A DNA stretch of 64,000 nt from Thermodesulfobacteriota bacterium (GCA_965202785.1 OZ241855.1:64001-128000), one strand, 5' to 3'; positions 42,112 to 52,359 are shown, counted from the stretch's first letter. Notes: generated by a model from the letters alone, not told the origin. Translations and numbers: made by a program.

Positions 42112-45100
42112 TTATATGGAGACAAGCTCAACCTGCGGGATAAGGACTATGTGGCGCGAGAGCAGGGGTTTTTCGAATCTTGAGCGTATTGCCTCGCAGT
42201 AACCGTCCATCTGCTCTTCGTAGTCCCTGCTGGCGTCGTCATTTATCGATTTTCTGTACTTGTAGTCGAAAAGACGCATTCCTCCATCCTCTTCCGTCAG
42301 AAGATCTATCCTGCCTCTTTTCGGAGAACCCCTACCGGGACCGAGGGTAAATTTAAGCTCCCTTCTGATTTCCTGAGCCGTACTTATAAAGGAAAAGAGC
42401 TCGGACTCTAGAAAATTCGATGAAAGCTCCAGAAGCAGTTGTTTCATATTAGGGCTTGAGACGAGGAATTCCCCCAGAACAAATTCAATCTCTTTCTCAA
42501 CGGTTTCCTCCCTGAAATCCCAGGTCTCAAGGAACCTGTGCATTATGCTCCCCGCCCTCTCTGGATCCCTTAAGCGGTCGGTCGGGGAAAACAGGTCGGG
42601 AAGCTGGGAGATCTCCACCCGCTTCGGCTTATCCTCCTTGCCGTATATGGGTTCCATGTACTTAAAATCCAGAGGAATTCCAGATTCGAAAGAAGGAGCA
42701 TCCCCGATGGAGTCAGGTTCCTCTGAAATTTCATCTCCATAGAGTCCCGAGAAAGAAATTCCCCAGGTTTTGTCGGTAAACCCTTGGGGCATCTCAAGAC
42801 ATCGCGAAGACAAGGACAGCTTTGAATCAGCAAGTTCCGCGAAGCTGTCTCTTTGCACCCGTATCTGCCTTCTTCCGGCCCTGCCGCTGCCGCTTAAGCA
42901 TATGAAAAGTCCTTTCTTGGCCCGTGTCATGGCCACATAGAGGGCTCTTTTCTCCTCTTCGGCTTCTTTCGCTTCGGCGCGGGATTTAAGATGCTGCCAG
43001 CTGTCCGATGAGAATGCCGGGTACCTGACTATGAATCCTCCTCCTTCGGTATCCGCCATAACCCTCTCGGACGTAACTACCTTTTGGTAGTTCGTATGGC
43101 ACAGAAAAACCGTGTCAAACTCAAGCCCCTTAGCCTTATGCACCGTCATGAGTTTCACGATTCCGCCGTCGTTTATTTCCTCAAACGCCCGTTCTTCCTG
43201 CGAACCGCGAAGCGAATCAAGATGCTCCACCACCTGGTAAAGTCCGTATCCTTGCTGTGAGATAAGATCTTCTGCCTTAAGAAGGAATTTCTTGAGGTTA
43301 AGACGCTTTATCTCACCACCGGGAAGCGCCCGCACCGCAGAGGAATAACCAAGTCCGTTTACAACGAAATCAACCGTGCTGAAAGTGTCTCCGTTAATGT
43401 ATTCCTTTCTTTTCAGATCGAGAAATCTCAGGTATTCCCGGATCCTTACGGCGTTTTTGTCCTCATTCTCTCCCCGGAAATGGGAGAAAAGCTCGTCATC
43501 GGAAGCCCCGAAGTAGGGAGATCTAAGCACGGCCGCCTCCGCGATGAGGTCAAAGGGATCAAGAAAATACCTGAACATGGACATAACGTCCCTTACTTCA
43601 GGGAGGTCGTAGAAATCGCGTCCCATAAGGGACTGGAACCTTATTCCCTCCTCCGTCAGGGCGTTTTCATATATAACCACGTTTGAAGACCTCCTGAACA
43701 GAAGGGCGATCTCTTCTCGGGATGTTTTCTGGAGTTCTTTTATTTTTAAGGCTGCGGCTTTGGCTTCCGCTTCGGCGGATTCCTTGGCGTTTTTACCTTC
43801 GCAGGCAATGATTTCCACGGATATATCAGGGTCGGGGTCGGAGGAGGAAGCTTCCATCGTTTCATAATATTTTTCGGAAAAGGTCCCGGCGAAAAAGAGA
43901 TTGAAAAACTGTATGAGGCTTCCGCGGGAGCGGTAATTGGTCGCAAAGGATATCTTCTCGAAATTCTCATCTTCAAGTATGTTCCCGAATATCTCGGGCT
44001 GGGCGCCCCTGAAACCGTAGACGGACTGGTTAACATCGCCCACCACGATAAGACTGCCGGCCGGGTCTCCCTTCGTAAGAAGTTCCATAAGCTCCAGCTG
44101 AAGAGAGTCGGTATCCTGGAACTCATCAACTATAATAAACTTTAGAAAGTTTCTGTAATAGCCTAATATTTCAGGATTTTCTCTGAGAAGATCGATTGTG
44201 AAGCGTATCATGTCCTCATACTCTATTTTCTCCTCGGAGATTTTCGTCTCCACGAGAAAATCATACGCCTCGCCCGATAAATCAAGGTAAAGAGAATTGA
44301 TCTCAGAGTCATAACGCTCAACCACCGAGAACACACACCTCAAAAGCGCCTGCCTCGATGTCTCGACTTCAGGAGTTTTTCTCTCCTCCTTTATCTGTTC
44401 GTAAACCGCCTGCAGGTGGCGGATGTTGCGGTCAATACCCAGAGTCATATCTGTTTTTTCGCCGAGGTCGCTCAAGATAAGTTTTTTCTTCCTGGAGCCG
44501 GCAGGAAGGATGGAGGCATGCTTCTCAATCAGCCGACGAAGCTTCCCGCCGATTGCTTCGAGTTCATCGGCAGAAGCTTCCCCGTGGCGCGCACCGCCTC
44601 CGTAATGAAGAAAAGGAGGAACCAGGTGCATCTTGGCCGCTTCTTGGAGTATCATCCCTATTATCTTTACAGCCTCGGCGTAATCATAGGATTCCATCTC
44701 AAGCAGTCTCTCAAGGCGGGGGTCGCCCTCTTCTCTCTTTGTCCGAAGGAATTTCCCGATATTGCGTTCGAAAAAGGCCTGCTGGTCCGAATCTTCAATC
44801 ACGGAAAAACTGAATGGAAGTTTGGAATCGAAGATATTCTCCTTAAGTATTTTCGTACAGAAGCCGTGAATCGTCGCTATGGGGGCGGAAAAGAACTTCC
44901 TGCGCCATCCCTCGGTCATGTTTCCTTCGGGTCCGTAGGTGGAGATATATCTCGTGATTTCAGAGCTTATTCTCGATTTGAGTTCCGCCGCGGCCGCTTC
45001 CGTAAAGGTAACGGCCACGATCTGAGGAATATCCGCTTCTCCGCTTTCGAGAATACGAAGATACTTGGCTATGATGGCCCTGGTCTTTCCCGACCCCGCT

Positions 45101-45186
45101 CCTGCCCTGACAGCGACTTTGCCCGCGGGGTGAAGTATCCGGGACTGCTCTTCGTTTAGTTCTAGAAATTCGGAAATCCTGTCCAT
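42112..45186 (-). CDS. addA: AddA-like helicase-nuclease
   Basis: AGAGSGKT, TIHGF, DEFQD, GDVNQSVYGFRGA, NYRS, TVHKAKGLEF, YVAMTRA; C-terminal GRIDLL...DYK nuclease. Confidence 0.88.
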   Translation of the reverse strand: MDRISEFLELNEEQSRILHPAGKVAVRAGAGSGKTRAIIAKYLRILESGEADIPQIVAVTFTEAAAAELKSRISSEITRYISTYGPEGNMTEGWRRKFFSAPIATIHGFCTKILKENIFDSKLPFSFSVIEDSDQQAFFERNIGKFLRTKREEGDPRLERLLEMESYDYAEAVKIIGMILQEAAKMHLVPPFLHYGGGARHGEASADELEAIGGKLRRLIEKHASILPAGSRKKKLILSDLGEKTDMTLGIDRNIRHLQAVYEQIKEERKTPEVETSRQALLRCVFSVVERYDSEINSLYLDLSGEAYDFLVETKISEEKIEYEDMIRFTIDLLRENPEILGYYRNFLKFIIVDEFQDTDSLQLELMELLTKGDPAGSLIVVGDVNQSVYGFRGAQPEIFGNILEDENFEKISFATNYRSRGSLIQFFNLFFAGTFSEKYYETMEASSSDPDPDISVEIIACEGKNAKESAEAEAKAAALKIKELQKTSREEIALLFRRSSNVVIYENALTEEGIRFQSLMGRDFYDLPEVRDVMSMFRYFLDPFDLIAEAAVLRSPYFGASDDELFSHFRGENEDKNAVRIREYLRFLDLKRKEYINGDTFSTVDFVVNGLGYSSAVRALPGGEIKRLNLKKFLLKAEDLISQQGYGLYQVVEHLDSLRGSQEERAFEEINDGGIVKLMTVHKAKGLEFDTVFLCHTNYQKVVTSERVMADTEGGGFIVRYPAFSSDSWQHLKSRAEAKEAEEEKRALYVAMTRAKKGLFICLSGSGRAGRRQIRVQRDSFAELADSKLSLSSRCLEMPQGFTDKTWGISFSGLYGDEISEEPDSIGDAPSFESGIPLDFKYMEPIYGKEDKPKRVEISQLPDLFSPTDRLRDPERAGSIMHRFLETWDFREETVEKEIEFVLGEFLVSSPNMKQLLLELSSNFLESELFSFISTAQEIRRELKFTLGPGRGSPKRGRIDLLTEEDGGMRLFDYKYRKSINDDASRDYEEQMDGYCEAIRSRFEKPLLSRHIVLIPQVELVSI

Positions 45187-45195
45187 AGTCTGTTC

Positions 45196-48162
45196 TTACA
45201 AGCGGCCGGTCTTTCTGGTCACCCCGTCTTTAACCCTGCAAAGATCCCTGTAGTCGCAGTAGGAACAGGGACGGTTCTTTGACATGTAGAGAGCATGTTC
45301 CTCCTGGTCAAGCTCCTTTTTCCCCACGTAGGGAGGAAAAAAGCCGTTTTTTATGCACTTTATGTAATGGTGGCTGAGTGAAACCGCCTCATCAAAAGAA
45401 GAGTCCTTGGGCAAAGAGCTGTTGTCCGCAGGCCTGCTGATTGAAAGATAGCGGCCCCAAGAGGGAACAAAGCCCTCCTCGCACAGCGCTCTCAGGTAAA
45501 GCGGGAGCTGCAGATTTTCAAAATCAAAATATTTTCTGTCCCGCACCCTTCCGATCTTGTAATCAATAACCGCGACGTTCCGCTTGTGAACGTCGACCCT
45601 GTCCACTTTCCCTCTTATTACCGCGTCGGCTATGCGGAACTCCACTTCCTTTTCAAAAAACCGGGGAGCGTGCTCATCTTTTTCGATCCTTAAAACCTCG
45701 TCCATTATAAAATTCGGCAAGATACGCTCAAAAAATCTCTTCTTCTCAATTTCCGCAACGCTTTTCGGAAGATGGGAGAAAACGCCGGGCTTGGCTTCAT
45801 GTTTCTTTTTTATGTCCTCATAAGCGTCAAGAAACCGGTCGGCCTCAACAGAACCGGAGCCCTCGGCGAAAACAGTTTCCATCAGCTCTTTCAGCATATT
45901 GTGAGCGAGCGAACCCAGGTCAAGCTGGGAAGCCCTTTGCTCATCGACATCTCCAAGCGCCTTGAGCCCGAGCACTCTCTTGGAAAAATACTTGAATGGG
46001 CACGTCCCATACTCCTCAAGCTCGGTGGGCGAGAAAGAATCCCGTTTTGGAGGAGTGCTGCGGAGAACCCCTTCAAAGCCTGTATAGGCCCCTGTGATCT
46101 CCAGTCTCTGCCTCTCAGCGGAAATACCGCCGGAGAGATGAGCGACTATATCGGAACCATAGTGCTGCTTGAGGATATCTGCAATGTTCGGGTCTCCATA
46201 ACCCGCACCAGAGGGCGAAAAGCAGTGAAACAGAACATCCTCCCTTGAAAATGCCTCAGAGCGCGGAGTTACAGGAGAAACCTCCATTCCCTCAAGGAAA
46301 TCGGAGCGGGCTATCTCCTTTGATCTCTCGTCGTAGCGGAAGCGGGAGAGAAACATCTTCTCGGAAGCCGAAACGCTGAGAGTGAAAAAGATATGCTTTT
46401 CCTTCTCGTAATGGAGACCTTCTTCGTCAAACACCCTTTTTCCAAGCGCTCTGTTTATCTCCGCTTTCTCCCTGGGTTTCAGCACGGGGTCTGCCGCGGG
46501 AAGAGACGGAAAAGAAGCATCCGAAAGACCCAGAAGGAAAAGAAACCCGGGGTTTATGCCGCGGGCCGCGGAAAAATCAATGACGCTTACCCTTTCCGAA
46601 TCGGTATCGCAGGGAGTTTTATATGGAACTGTCCTCTCCCCCATAAACTCATCCAGAAGAAAAAGATATTCTCCGGAGTCAGAAACCCGGAAATCAAACT
46701 CACCGTAAGAAAAGGAAAGCTCCCTCAGAAAAGAGAAAAACTCATCGAAACACTCTCTGGTAGTTTTATTTTCCTCTATAAGCAACGCAGAGCTCTCAGA
46801 AACCCTGAGTTCCGAGAATATCTCCCTTAGATCAGAGGTCATCGCGGCAAAGCTCCTTCTGCCGAATTTCGACGATACGGAATCAAGCACAAAGGCTATA
46901 TCACGGGCAACTGAAGACATCCGGCCGTCCTGCTCCGCTATGTGCTCCAAGATCCTCTTCCAGCCCGTAATGCCGCTTACGGTCCTGTATTTCAGGTCCG
47001 CGGAGGAGAGCTCCTTTATCATGTTAACGCAACGGTGCGAGGATTCAGACTCTCCCAGGTAGAGGGCAAAAAACGGGTCGTGAAGAAGCCCCATCAGATC
47101 GTTTCTGTGAAAATTTCCTGATTTGAGGCGCAGGATATCACCCGCAAGGCGTCCGTATAGACTTCCCGCTAAGGTCCCGGAATTCCTGAGATCGACCGCA
47201 ACCCCGTTTTTCTCGAACGTATTGACTATGGATCGGCCGCGCTTCTGTGCTGACCTCACAAGAACCTTAAAATCAGAGGCCTTGTACTCCCCATCCAATA
47301 TGAGCTTCTTGATCGTCTTTGAGACATATTCAATTTCGTCGTGAGAGTCGCGAAACTCGTTGAGCTCCCTTTTTGTCTCGCCTCCCGGAATTTCCTCCGT
47401 CATCGTGAAATCTTCTTCATAGGCCATGGAGACTTCGCGAAGTCCGTTTAGAAAGCTGTCTCTGTATTCATCCAGATCGCCGAAATCGCTTAGGAAGAAG
47501 AAGGTTTCTGAAACCGCCGAGGAGAGGCTCTTTATCACGTCAAGTTCGCAGAGGGTAAAATCGGAGAAACCGAAAACCACGAGTCTCTTTGCAGACGGGA
47601 AAAACGGAGCAAGCCCTTCTCCGTCCAGCTCTTCTGAAACGGCACGGACAGAATCCGCGTCATCGAGAAAGCCTCTTTCCGCCACGAGTGCTTCGTATTT
47701 TCTGTAAACAAGCCCTATATCCGAGAGTTTTTTGCGAAGAGCACGCGCCTTGATTCTCTTAGTGGACCCCAAAAACTCCTCCATGGAAACTTTGCTTTGC
47801 TTAAGTTTTGAAAGGATGGAAGCTGCGGAGTTAAGAAAGTCCCGGTTCTGCGAGAATTCCCTGAAAACCTTAAGATCCTCCGAGACCAATTCCGCTGCTT
47901 TTCTGGTCACAGATAAGGTCTGGGTCCTTGATATCCTTTTCTTTTTTAGGTTCGGGGATGCCTCGTTTACAAAATCCGAAAGCTCATTGAAAGTAAGCAG
48001 GTTTTTTCCCCATACCCCTTCCCTAGAGTAATAATCTTCTATTTCCTGTACAACCGAGATGCCGGGGAGAAGGAAGAGGGTTGTCTCATCACTTGGGTTA
48101 AGCCCATGTTTTCTGAAAAGGCTTTTAAAAGTGAATTCTTTGGGGTGATATATTAGTTTCAT
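45196..48162 (-). CDS. addB: AddB-like inactive helicase/nuclease with Fe-S cluster
   Basis: SPTELE, CPFKYF, GKVDRVD...IDYK, CSYCDYRDLC; directly upstream of addA. Confidence 0.85.
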   Translation of the reverse strand: MKLIYHPKEFTFKSLFRKHGLNPSDETTLFLLPGISVVQEIEDYYSREGVWGKNLLTFNELSDFVNEASPNLKKKRISRTQTLSVTRKAAELVSEDLKVFREFSQNRDFLNSAASILSKLKQSKVSMEEFLGSTKRIKARALRKKLSDIGLVYRKYEALVAERGFLDDADSVRAVSEELDGEGLAPFFPSAKRLVVFGFSDFTLCELDVIKSLSSAVSETFFFLSDFGDLDEYRDSFLNGLREVSMAYEEDFTMTEEIPGGETKRELNEFRDSHDEIEYVSKTIKKLILDGEYKASDFKVLVRSAQKRGRSIVNTFEKNGVAVDLRNSGTLAGSLYGRLAGDILRLKSGNFHRNDLMGLLHDPFFALYLGESESSHRCVNMIKELSSADLKYRTVSGITGWKRILEHIAEQDGRMSSVARDIAFVLDSVSSKFGRRSFAAMTSDLREIFSELRVSESSALLIEENKTTRECFDEFFSFLRELSFSYGEFDFRVSDSGEYLFLLDEFMGERTVPYKTPCDTDSERVSVIDFSAARGINPGFLFLLGLSDASFPSLPAADPVLKPREKAEINRALGKRVFDEEGLHYEKEKHIFFTLSVSASEKMFLSRFRYDERSKEIARSDFLEGMEVSPVTPRSEAFSREDVLFHCFSPSGAGYGDPNIADILKQHYGSDIVAHLSGGISAERQRLEITGAYTGFEGVLRSTPPKRDSFSPTELEEYGTCPFKYFSKRVLGLKALGDVDEQRASQLDLGSLAHNMLKELMETVFAEGSGSVEADRFLDAYEDIKKKHEAKPGVFSHLPKSVAEIEKKRFFERILPNFIMDEVLRIEKDEHAPRFFEKEVEFRIADAVIRGKVDRVDVHKRNVAVIDYKIGRVRDRKYFDFENLQLPLYLRALCEEGFVPSWGRYLSISRPADNSSLPKDSSFDEAVSLSHHYIKCIKNGFFPPYVGKKELDQEEHALYMSKNRPCSYCDYRDLCRVKDGVTRKTGRL

Positions 48163-48293
48163 CTAGGAAAGAGTTATTGGAAACCTGTAAGAAAGGCCAC
48201 TTCTTAACTTACGACTGAAACTCTCTAAGAGACAGAGACCCTCGCAAAATTCAGGCTTCGAAAAACCCCCGACACTATTCTATAAAAATACGC

Positions 48294-48587
48294 TCACCGC
48301 AATTCGAGTTTTAAAGAGCGTCCTAAAACTCGTGCTGCACGTGACAAAACACCAAGCGTTACCCTGTCATTCTCCGGATCAAGAAGCCGGTCGAGTTGCG
48401 AGCGACTTGTTTTGAGCCGTCTAGCCATCTCCACCTTTGTGATATTCTGTTCCTTCATAATTTGGACAATCTGGAATGCCAGAACTCGCTTTACTGCCTG
48501 CTCGGTTGTTTCTTCATAAGTTCCTTGCTCTTTAAGAAAATCCTCAAACAGGGCACCAATTTTTCCTTTCTCAACTTTATTAGTCAT
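48294..48587 (-). CDS. XRE-type HTH antitoxin (HigA-like)
   Basis: FEDFLKEQG, ITKVEMARRLKTSRSQLDRLLDP; ATGA overlap with the upstream toxin. Confidence 0.85.
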   Translation of the reverse strand: MTNKVEKGKIGALFEDFLKEQGTYEETTEQAVKRVLAFQIVQIMKEQNITKVEMARRLKTSRSQLDRLLDPENDRVTLGVLSRAARVLGRSLKLELR

Positions 48588-48934
48588 TTCAGACCACTCA
48601 TCCTCCTCCGCGCAATATCAAGTTCGCTAACGGGCGTCTTCTGCGTTTTCTTGATGAACCCATGCAAAAGCACCATTGCCCCATCATGCACACAGAACAA
48701 TACACGAGCAATACGACCATTCGATAGATTCGTTCTGATTTCCCATAACCCCTTGTGGCCTTTGATTGAACGGCATAGCGGCATTCCAATGGGCCACCCA
48801 AACTCGGCCGTGCGTATATCGTCACCAATTACCTTACGGTCCTTGGAACTGAGAGACAAAAGCCATTTACGAACCGGTACTCTACCTATATCAGATTCAA
48901 AAAACCTTGCCGGAAGCCGTTTCTCGTCCGCCAT
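48584..48934 (-). CDS. RelE/HigB-like toxin (Gp49-like)
   Basis: PVRKWL, GWPIGMP, GLWEIR, RVLF, LLHGFIKKTQKTP; start placed at MADEK. Confidence 0.85.
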   Translation of the reverse strand: MADEKRLPARFFESDIGRVPVRKWLLSLSSKDRKVIGDDIRTAEFGWPIGMPLCRSIKGHKGLWEIRTNLSNGRIARVLFCVHDGAMVLLHGFIKKTQKTPVSELDIARRRMSGLK

Positions 48935-48938
48935 TTTA

Positions 48939-48966
48939 ATTGTACCAAATAAAGTACATTTTGCAA
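48939..48966 (-). promoter_or_regulatory. Toxin-antitoxin promoter with overlapping operator
   Basis: TTGCAA-N16-TACAAT (TGg-extended); palindrome TGTAC-N8-GTACA at 48941-48958. Confidence 0.6.
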
Positions 48967-48999
48967 GCACCTGCCGTTAGAAAGAAACAAGCATCTCCT

Positions 49000-49092
49000 T
49001 AGAATCGTTCTATTCATATGAGATATGGCAGTATCAAGCCCAATTGCCTGATTATGAATAGCAATTACAGTTTCGACAAATAAACAGTCCCT
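49000..49092 (-). pseudogene. Decayed Doc/Fic toxin N-terminal remnant
   Basis: Frame reads DCLFVETVIAIHNQAIGLDTAISHMNR immediately after the antitoxin stop; no start codon and no Fic motif. Confidence 0.45.
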
Positions 49093-49094
49093 GT

Positions 49095-49343
49095 CTATTT
49101 GTCTTTCAGGTAGTCCAAGATTGACTTATTTTTAGCTATGCTCTTCTCAATAGCCGGATCAACTTCGTCGGCATCAGCAAGTTTAAAGTCGGTTTTGTGC
49201 ACAGCGGATGCAGGCACAAAATAGCCTTCTAGCTTGTCACCGTTCAAGATGGCTACCGGCTTATGACCGGCTTTTTTGATCATCTTTTTTGGATCCTTAA
49301 GCTCGCTCAATGAAACGGTTTCGGCGGTCAATAGGTTTTTCAT
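49095..49343 (-). CDS. Phd/YefM-fold (StbD-like) antitoxin, apparently orphan
   Basis: TVSLSELK..P...PVAILN....GYFVP pattern; start placed at MKNLL. Confidence 0.75.
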   Translation of the reverse strand: MKNLLTAETVSLSELKDPKKMIKKAGHKPVAILNGDKLEGYFVPASAVHKTDFKLADADEVDPAIEKSIAKNKSILDYLKDK

Positions 49344-49388
49344 AGTGCTATGGGTTCCCCTCCAGACAGAATCTGTAATAAGCACATC

Positions 49389-49850
49389 TCAAGAAGGATT
49401 TTTCTCTACAGGCAAGTTTTCCAGCCTTTCCGGAATCCCCTGAAGAATATGGATCTTCTTCGCCTTCATGATGTTCTTGCGCTTGGAAAGAAAATGCCTT
49501 TTATGCTTGCTGTAGCGACCCCAGATTCTTACCCTGCTCCCGTTCTCAATGCCTTCCACGAACCCTCTGGCGTAAATGTTTATTCTTCTTTCCGGATCAC
49601 TCTCAAAAAACTGAAACAGGGTGAACTTTCTTCCGTTCGCCATTTTCTTAAACCGCAGGTCACCCACCTGCCCCTCAAGGATAAATATTTTCCTGTCAAA
49701 CTCATCGCGGGAGGAGAGAACCTGCGAGATGGTTACAGCCGGCGGTTCAAGCTCCCCCATATCGGTATAGGTCTTGTAAATCTCTTCTTTTCCGTAAGAA
49801 GAAACCGGAACCGCTAAAAAAAGCAGAAAAACTAAAAGAATTTTCCTCAT
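49389..49850 (-). CDS. Hypothetical exported OB-fold-like protein
   Basis: Signal peptide; VTISQVL...LEGQV...RVRIWG OB-like pattern. Confidence 0.65.
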   Translation of the reverse strand: MRKILLVFLLFLAVPVSSYGKEEIYKTYTDMGELEPPAVTISQVLSSRDEFDRKIFILEGQVGDLRFKKMANGRKFTLFQFFESDPERRINIYARGFVEGIENGSRVRIWGRYSKHKRHFLSKRKNIMKAKKIHILQGIPERLENLPVEKNPS

Positions 49851-49906
49851 TCTTCCAACCGCCGAAAATACTCTGTACCACCAAGCGGCCATCCGGGCCC
49901 ATGGCG

Positions 49907-51295
49907 CTACGAAGTCGGCTTCGTCATCGACAGCGGGTCAAGGACCCTGTCAAGTTCCTCGTCTGAAAGCACTCCCTTTTTCCTGGCAACTTCCCTTACG
50001 GTGCTCCCCGAAGCGTAGGCTTCCTTCGCGATCGCAGCCGCGTTGTCATAACCTATGATCGGCGCTAGGCTGGTGCACATGGCGAGGCTCTGCTCGATGA
50101 TCTCCCCACAGCGCTCCTCGTCCGCCTCTATTGCGGAGATGCACTTGTCGACAAACACGGTGGAGACTCTCGAGAGAAGCCTTATCGACTGAAGGAGGTT
50201 GTCCGCCATCATAGGCATCATCACGTTAAGCTCGAAATTCCCCGACTGCCCTCCGATAGTTATCGCCGCGTCGTTTCCGATTACCTGGGCCGCTACCTGC
50301 GTAACCGACTCCCCGATCACCGGGTTAACCTTCCCGGGCATAATGGACGAACCAGGCTGTATCGCGGGCAGAAGAATCTCCCCGAAGCCGCAACGCGGGC
50401 CGCTTCCAAGCCACCGTATGTCGTTTGCTATCTTAATGAGGCTCACCGAAACCGTCTTAAGCGCTCCGCTTGTCTGGACAACCGCGTCCTTTGACGCCTG
50501 GGCCTCGAAATGATTTTTCGCCTCCCTGAACTTAACCCCCGTAGCCTCGCTTATCCTTGCCGCCACCTTCTTTCCGAAATCCTTGTGGGTGTTTATCCCC
50601 GTGCCGACCGCGGTTCCGCCTATGGCAAGCTCCGAAAGGTCGTTTCTTATCCCCTTTAATCTCGAGATTCCGTGATCGACCATGCTCGCGTACCCGCTGA
50701 ACTCCTGGCCGAGCCGTATCGGGGTGGCGTCCATAAGGTGGGTGCGCCCTATCTTCACTATGCGGTCAAACTCCTTTGCCTTTTTAGAGAGAGCGTCTCG
50801 AAGGTACTCAAGGGACGGTATGAGGTCTTTTTCTATCGCCTCAAGGGAAGAGACATGCATGGCCGTGGGGATCACGTCATTGCTTGACTGACCCATGTTC
50901 ACGTGGTCGTTCGGATGCACCCGGGTCTTTCCCTTGAGCATCTCGGTCGCCCTGTTGGCTATCACTTCATTCGTGTTCATGTTGGTCGAGGTGCCGGAAC
51001 CCGTCTGGAAGACGTCCACCACGAAATGATCGTCAAGCTTTCCGTCGACAACCTCCTGAGCGGCTCTCGCTATGGCCCGCGCCGCGCCCTTCTTCAGATA
51101 TCCGAGTTCTGCGTTTGTATGCGCGGCGGCCAGCTTCACAAGACCCATCGCCCTTATGAACTCCCTTGGAAGAGTGCGTCCGCTTATGGGGAAATTCTCA
51201 ACCGCCCTTGCCGTCTGCGCCCCGTAGTAAGCGTCCGAGGGAACTTTCATCTTTCCCATCGAGTCGGATTCCACCCTGTATTTCGTCTTAGCCAT
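49907..51295 (-). CDS. fumC: Class II fumarate hydratase
   Basis: YGAQT, QTGSGTS, QSSND, GRTHLMDATP, GGTAVGTG, GSSIMPGKVNP. Confidence 0.95.
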   Translation of the reverse strand: MAKTKYRVESDSMGKMKVPSDAYYGAQTARAVENFPISGRTLPREFIRAMGLVKLAAAHTNAELGYLKKGAARAIARAAQEVVDGKLDDHFVVDVFQTGSGTSTNMNTNEVIANRATEMLKGKTRVHPNDHVNMGQSSNDVIPTAMHVSSLEAIEKDLIPSLEYLRDALSKKAKEFDRIVKIGRTHLMDATPIRLGQEFSGYASMVDHGISRLKGIRNDLSELAIGGTAVGTGINTHKDFGKKVAARISEATGVKFREAKNHFEAQASKDAVVQTSGALKTVSVSLIKIANDIRWLGSGPRCGFGEILLPAIQPGSSIMPGKVNPVIGESVTQVAAQVIGNDAAITIGGQSGNFELNVMMPMMADNLLQSIRLLSRVSTVFVDKCISAIEADEERCGEIIEQSLAMCTSLAPIIGYDNAAAIAKEAYASGSTVREVARKKGVLSDEELDRVLDPLSMTKPTS

Positions 51296-51501
51296 TTAAG
51301 ATTCCCTCCAAATAATTGTCAATTTGAGTCAAGGGATTTATTATGCCACAAACAAAACCGGTTTCATAAGACGAGAGGGGGTTCGAGGCATTTACGCCGT
51401 AACGATTCCGGGGTTGTGGCTTCTGCGGGGGACAGCAGTTTTCGCTTCCGAATGCCCGAGTCACACGATCCGTACCGACAGTAAAACGGCTTCACGAGCA
51501 A

Positions 51502-51619
51502 CGCGCGGTCGTAGGCTGCACGCTGCTATTCGGGGACTCGGCTATGTACATGGGCGGCGACGGACTGATATTCGAGGAAGGCGTTGGAGCGGGAGGGGAT
51601 AAGAATCAGCATGAACGGG
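51502..51619 (+). pseudogene. Possible heavily degraded IS3-family transposase fragment
   Basis: Peptide scraps RAVVG, GLIF and RKALEREGIRISMNG in two frames, in the order of the IS3 integrase core. Confidence 0.25.
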
Positions 51620-51657
51620 ACATTTCGACCCATGGAGTCTGTCGCGTTCGCCATAAT

Positions 51658-52104
51658 TCAGTCTTTAACCAAGGCTGCAGCGGCCTCAGGAAGAGACAAT
51701 ACCATGTTTGAAAACCGCTCTGACCGGTGCTCAGACACCTTGCGCCTAAAATGGTTGTCGGCGGTTATGAATTGCCAGCCTCTTTCCAAGGCTAACGCCA
51801 GATAAAGACTGTCATACGCGGGATGATCAAGCTCAACAGCAAGAGCAGTTGCGGAACCAAGCAAGTGACGGGTCGGCAGAAGTTCAATTTCCCCCTGTTC
51901 GAGAACCTGCGCTCCGACCATGGCTTCGTCCTCGGAAAGTTCGTTCAGCCTTACTTTTTTCCACAGGATATTGGCGCATTCCGCAATCAAAAGGTCCGGC
52001 GCATATAATCGGGCATTCCCAAGAATGGTCAGGGCTTCGTCAGTCCCCTCTTCATCCACCACCCACTTGACCGCAACACTGGCATCCACAACGTAGCGGT
52101 TCAC
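51658..52104 (-). CDS. vapC: VapC/FitB PIN-domain toxin
   Basis: VVDASVAVKW, EC, YDSLYLALA, ITAD. Confidence 0.9.
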   Translation of the reverse strand: MNRYVVDASVAVKWVVDEEGTDEALTILGNARLYAPDLLIAECANILWKKVRLNELSEDEAMVGAQVLEQGEIELLPTRHLLGSATALAVELDHPAYDSLYLALALERGWQFITADNHFRRKVSEHRSERFSNMVLSLPEAAAALVKD

Positions 52105-52340
52105 CGCTTCTTGCGTCCTTCACGTAAAAGATCTTCCGCGGGGGTGTGCTTGCGGCCTCTGGTCATCCGTCGGAGTTTGGCCGCAATCTCCTTAAACGCG
52201 GGTTCAGTCTCGGCGGAAAGTGCCTGACGCAGAATTTCCCGATGTTCAGCCTCCGCCGAACGCCCGTGGCGCGCCGCACGGCGTTTGAGACGAATTACAA
52301 GATCATCATCGACATTTCGAACATGCAGACTTGCAGGCAT
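52101..52340 (-). CDS. FitA-like ribbon-helix-helix antitoxin
   Basis: LHVRNVDD, LKRRAARHGRSAEAEHREIL; overlaps the PIN gene. Confidence 0.88.
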   Translation of the reverse strand: MPASLHVRNVDDDLVIRLKRRAARHGRSAEAEHREILRQALSAETEPAFKEIAAKLRRMTRGRKHTPAEDLLREGRKKR

Positions 52341-52359
52341 GAGACAACTCCTTATGTAT

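Noticed and set aside
42112-48162. Helicase plus PD-(D/E)XK/Fe-S nuclease pair as a defence or Cas4-related system
   Set aside because: Size, order and motifs fit ordinary AddAB, with host-like composition.
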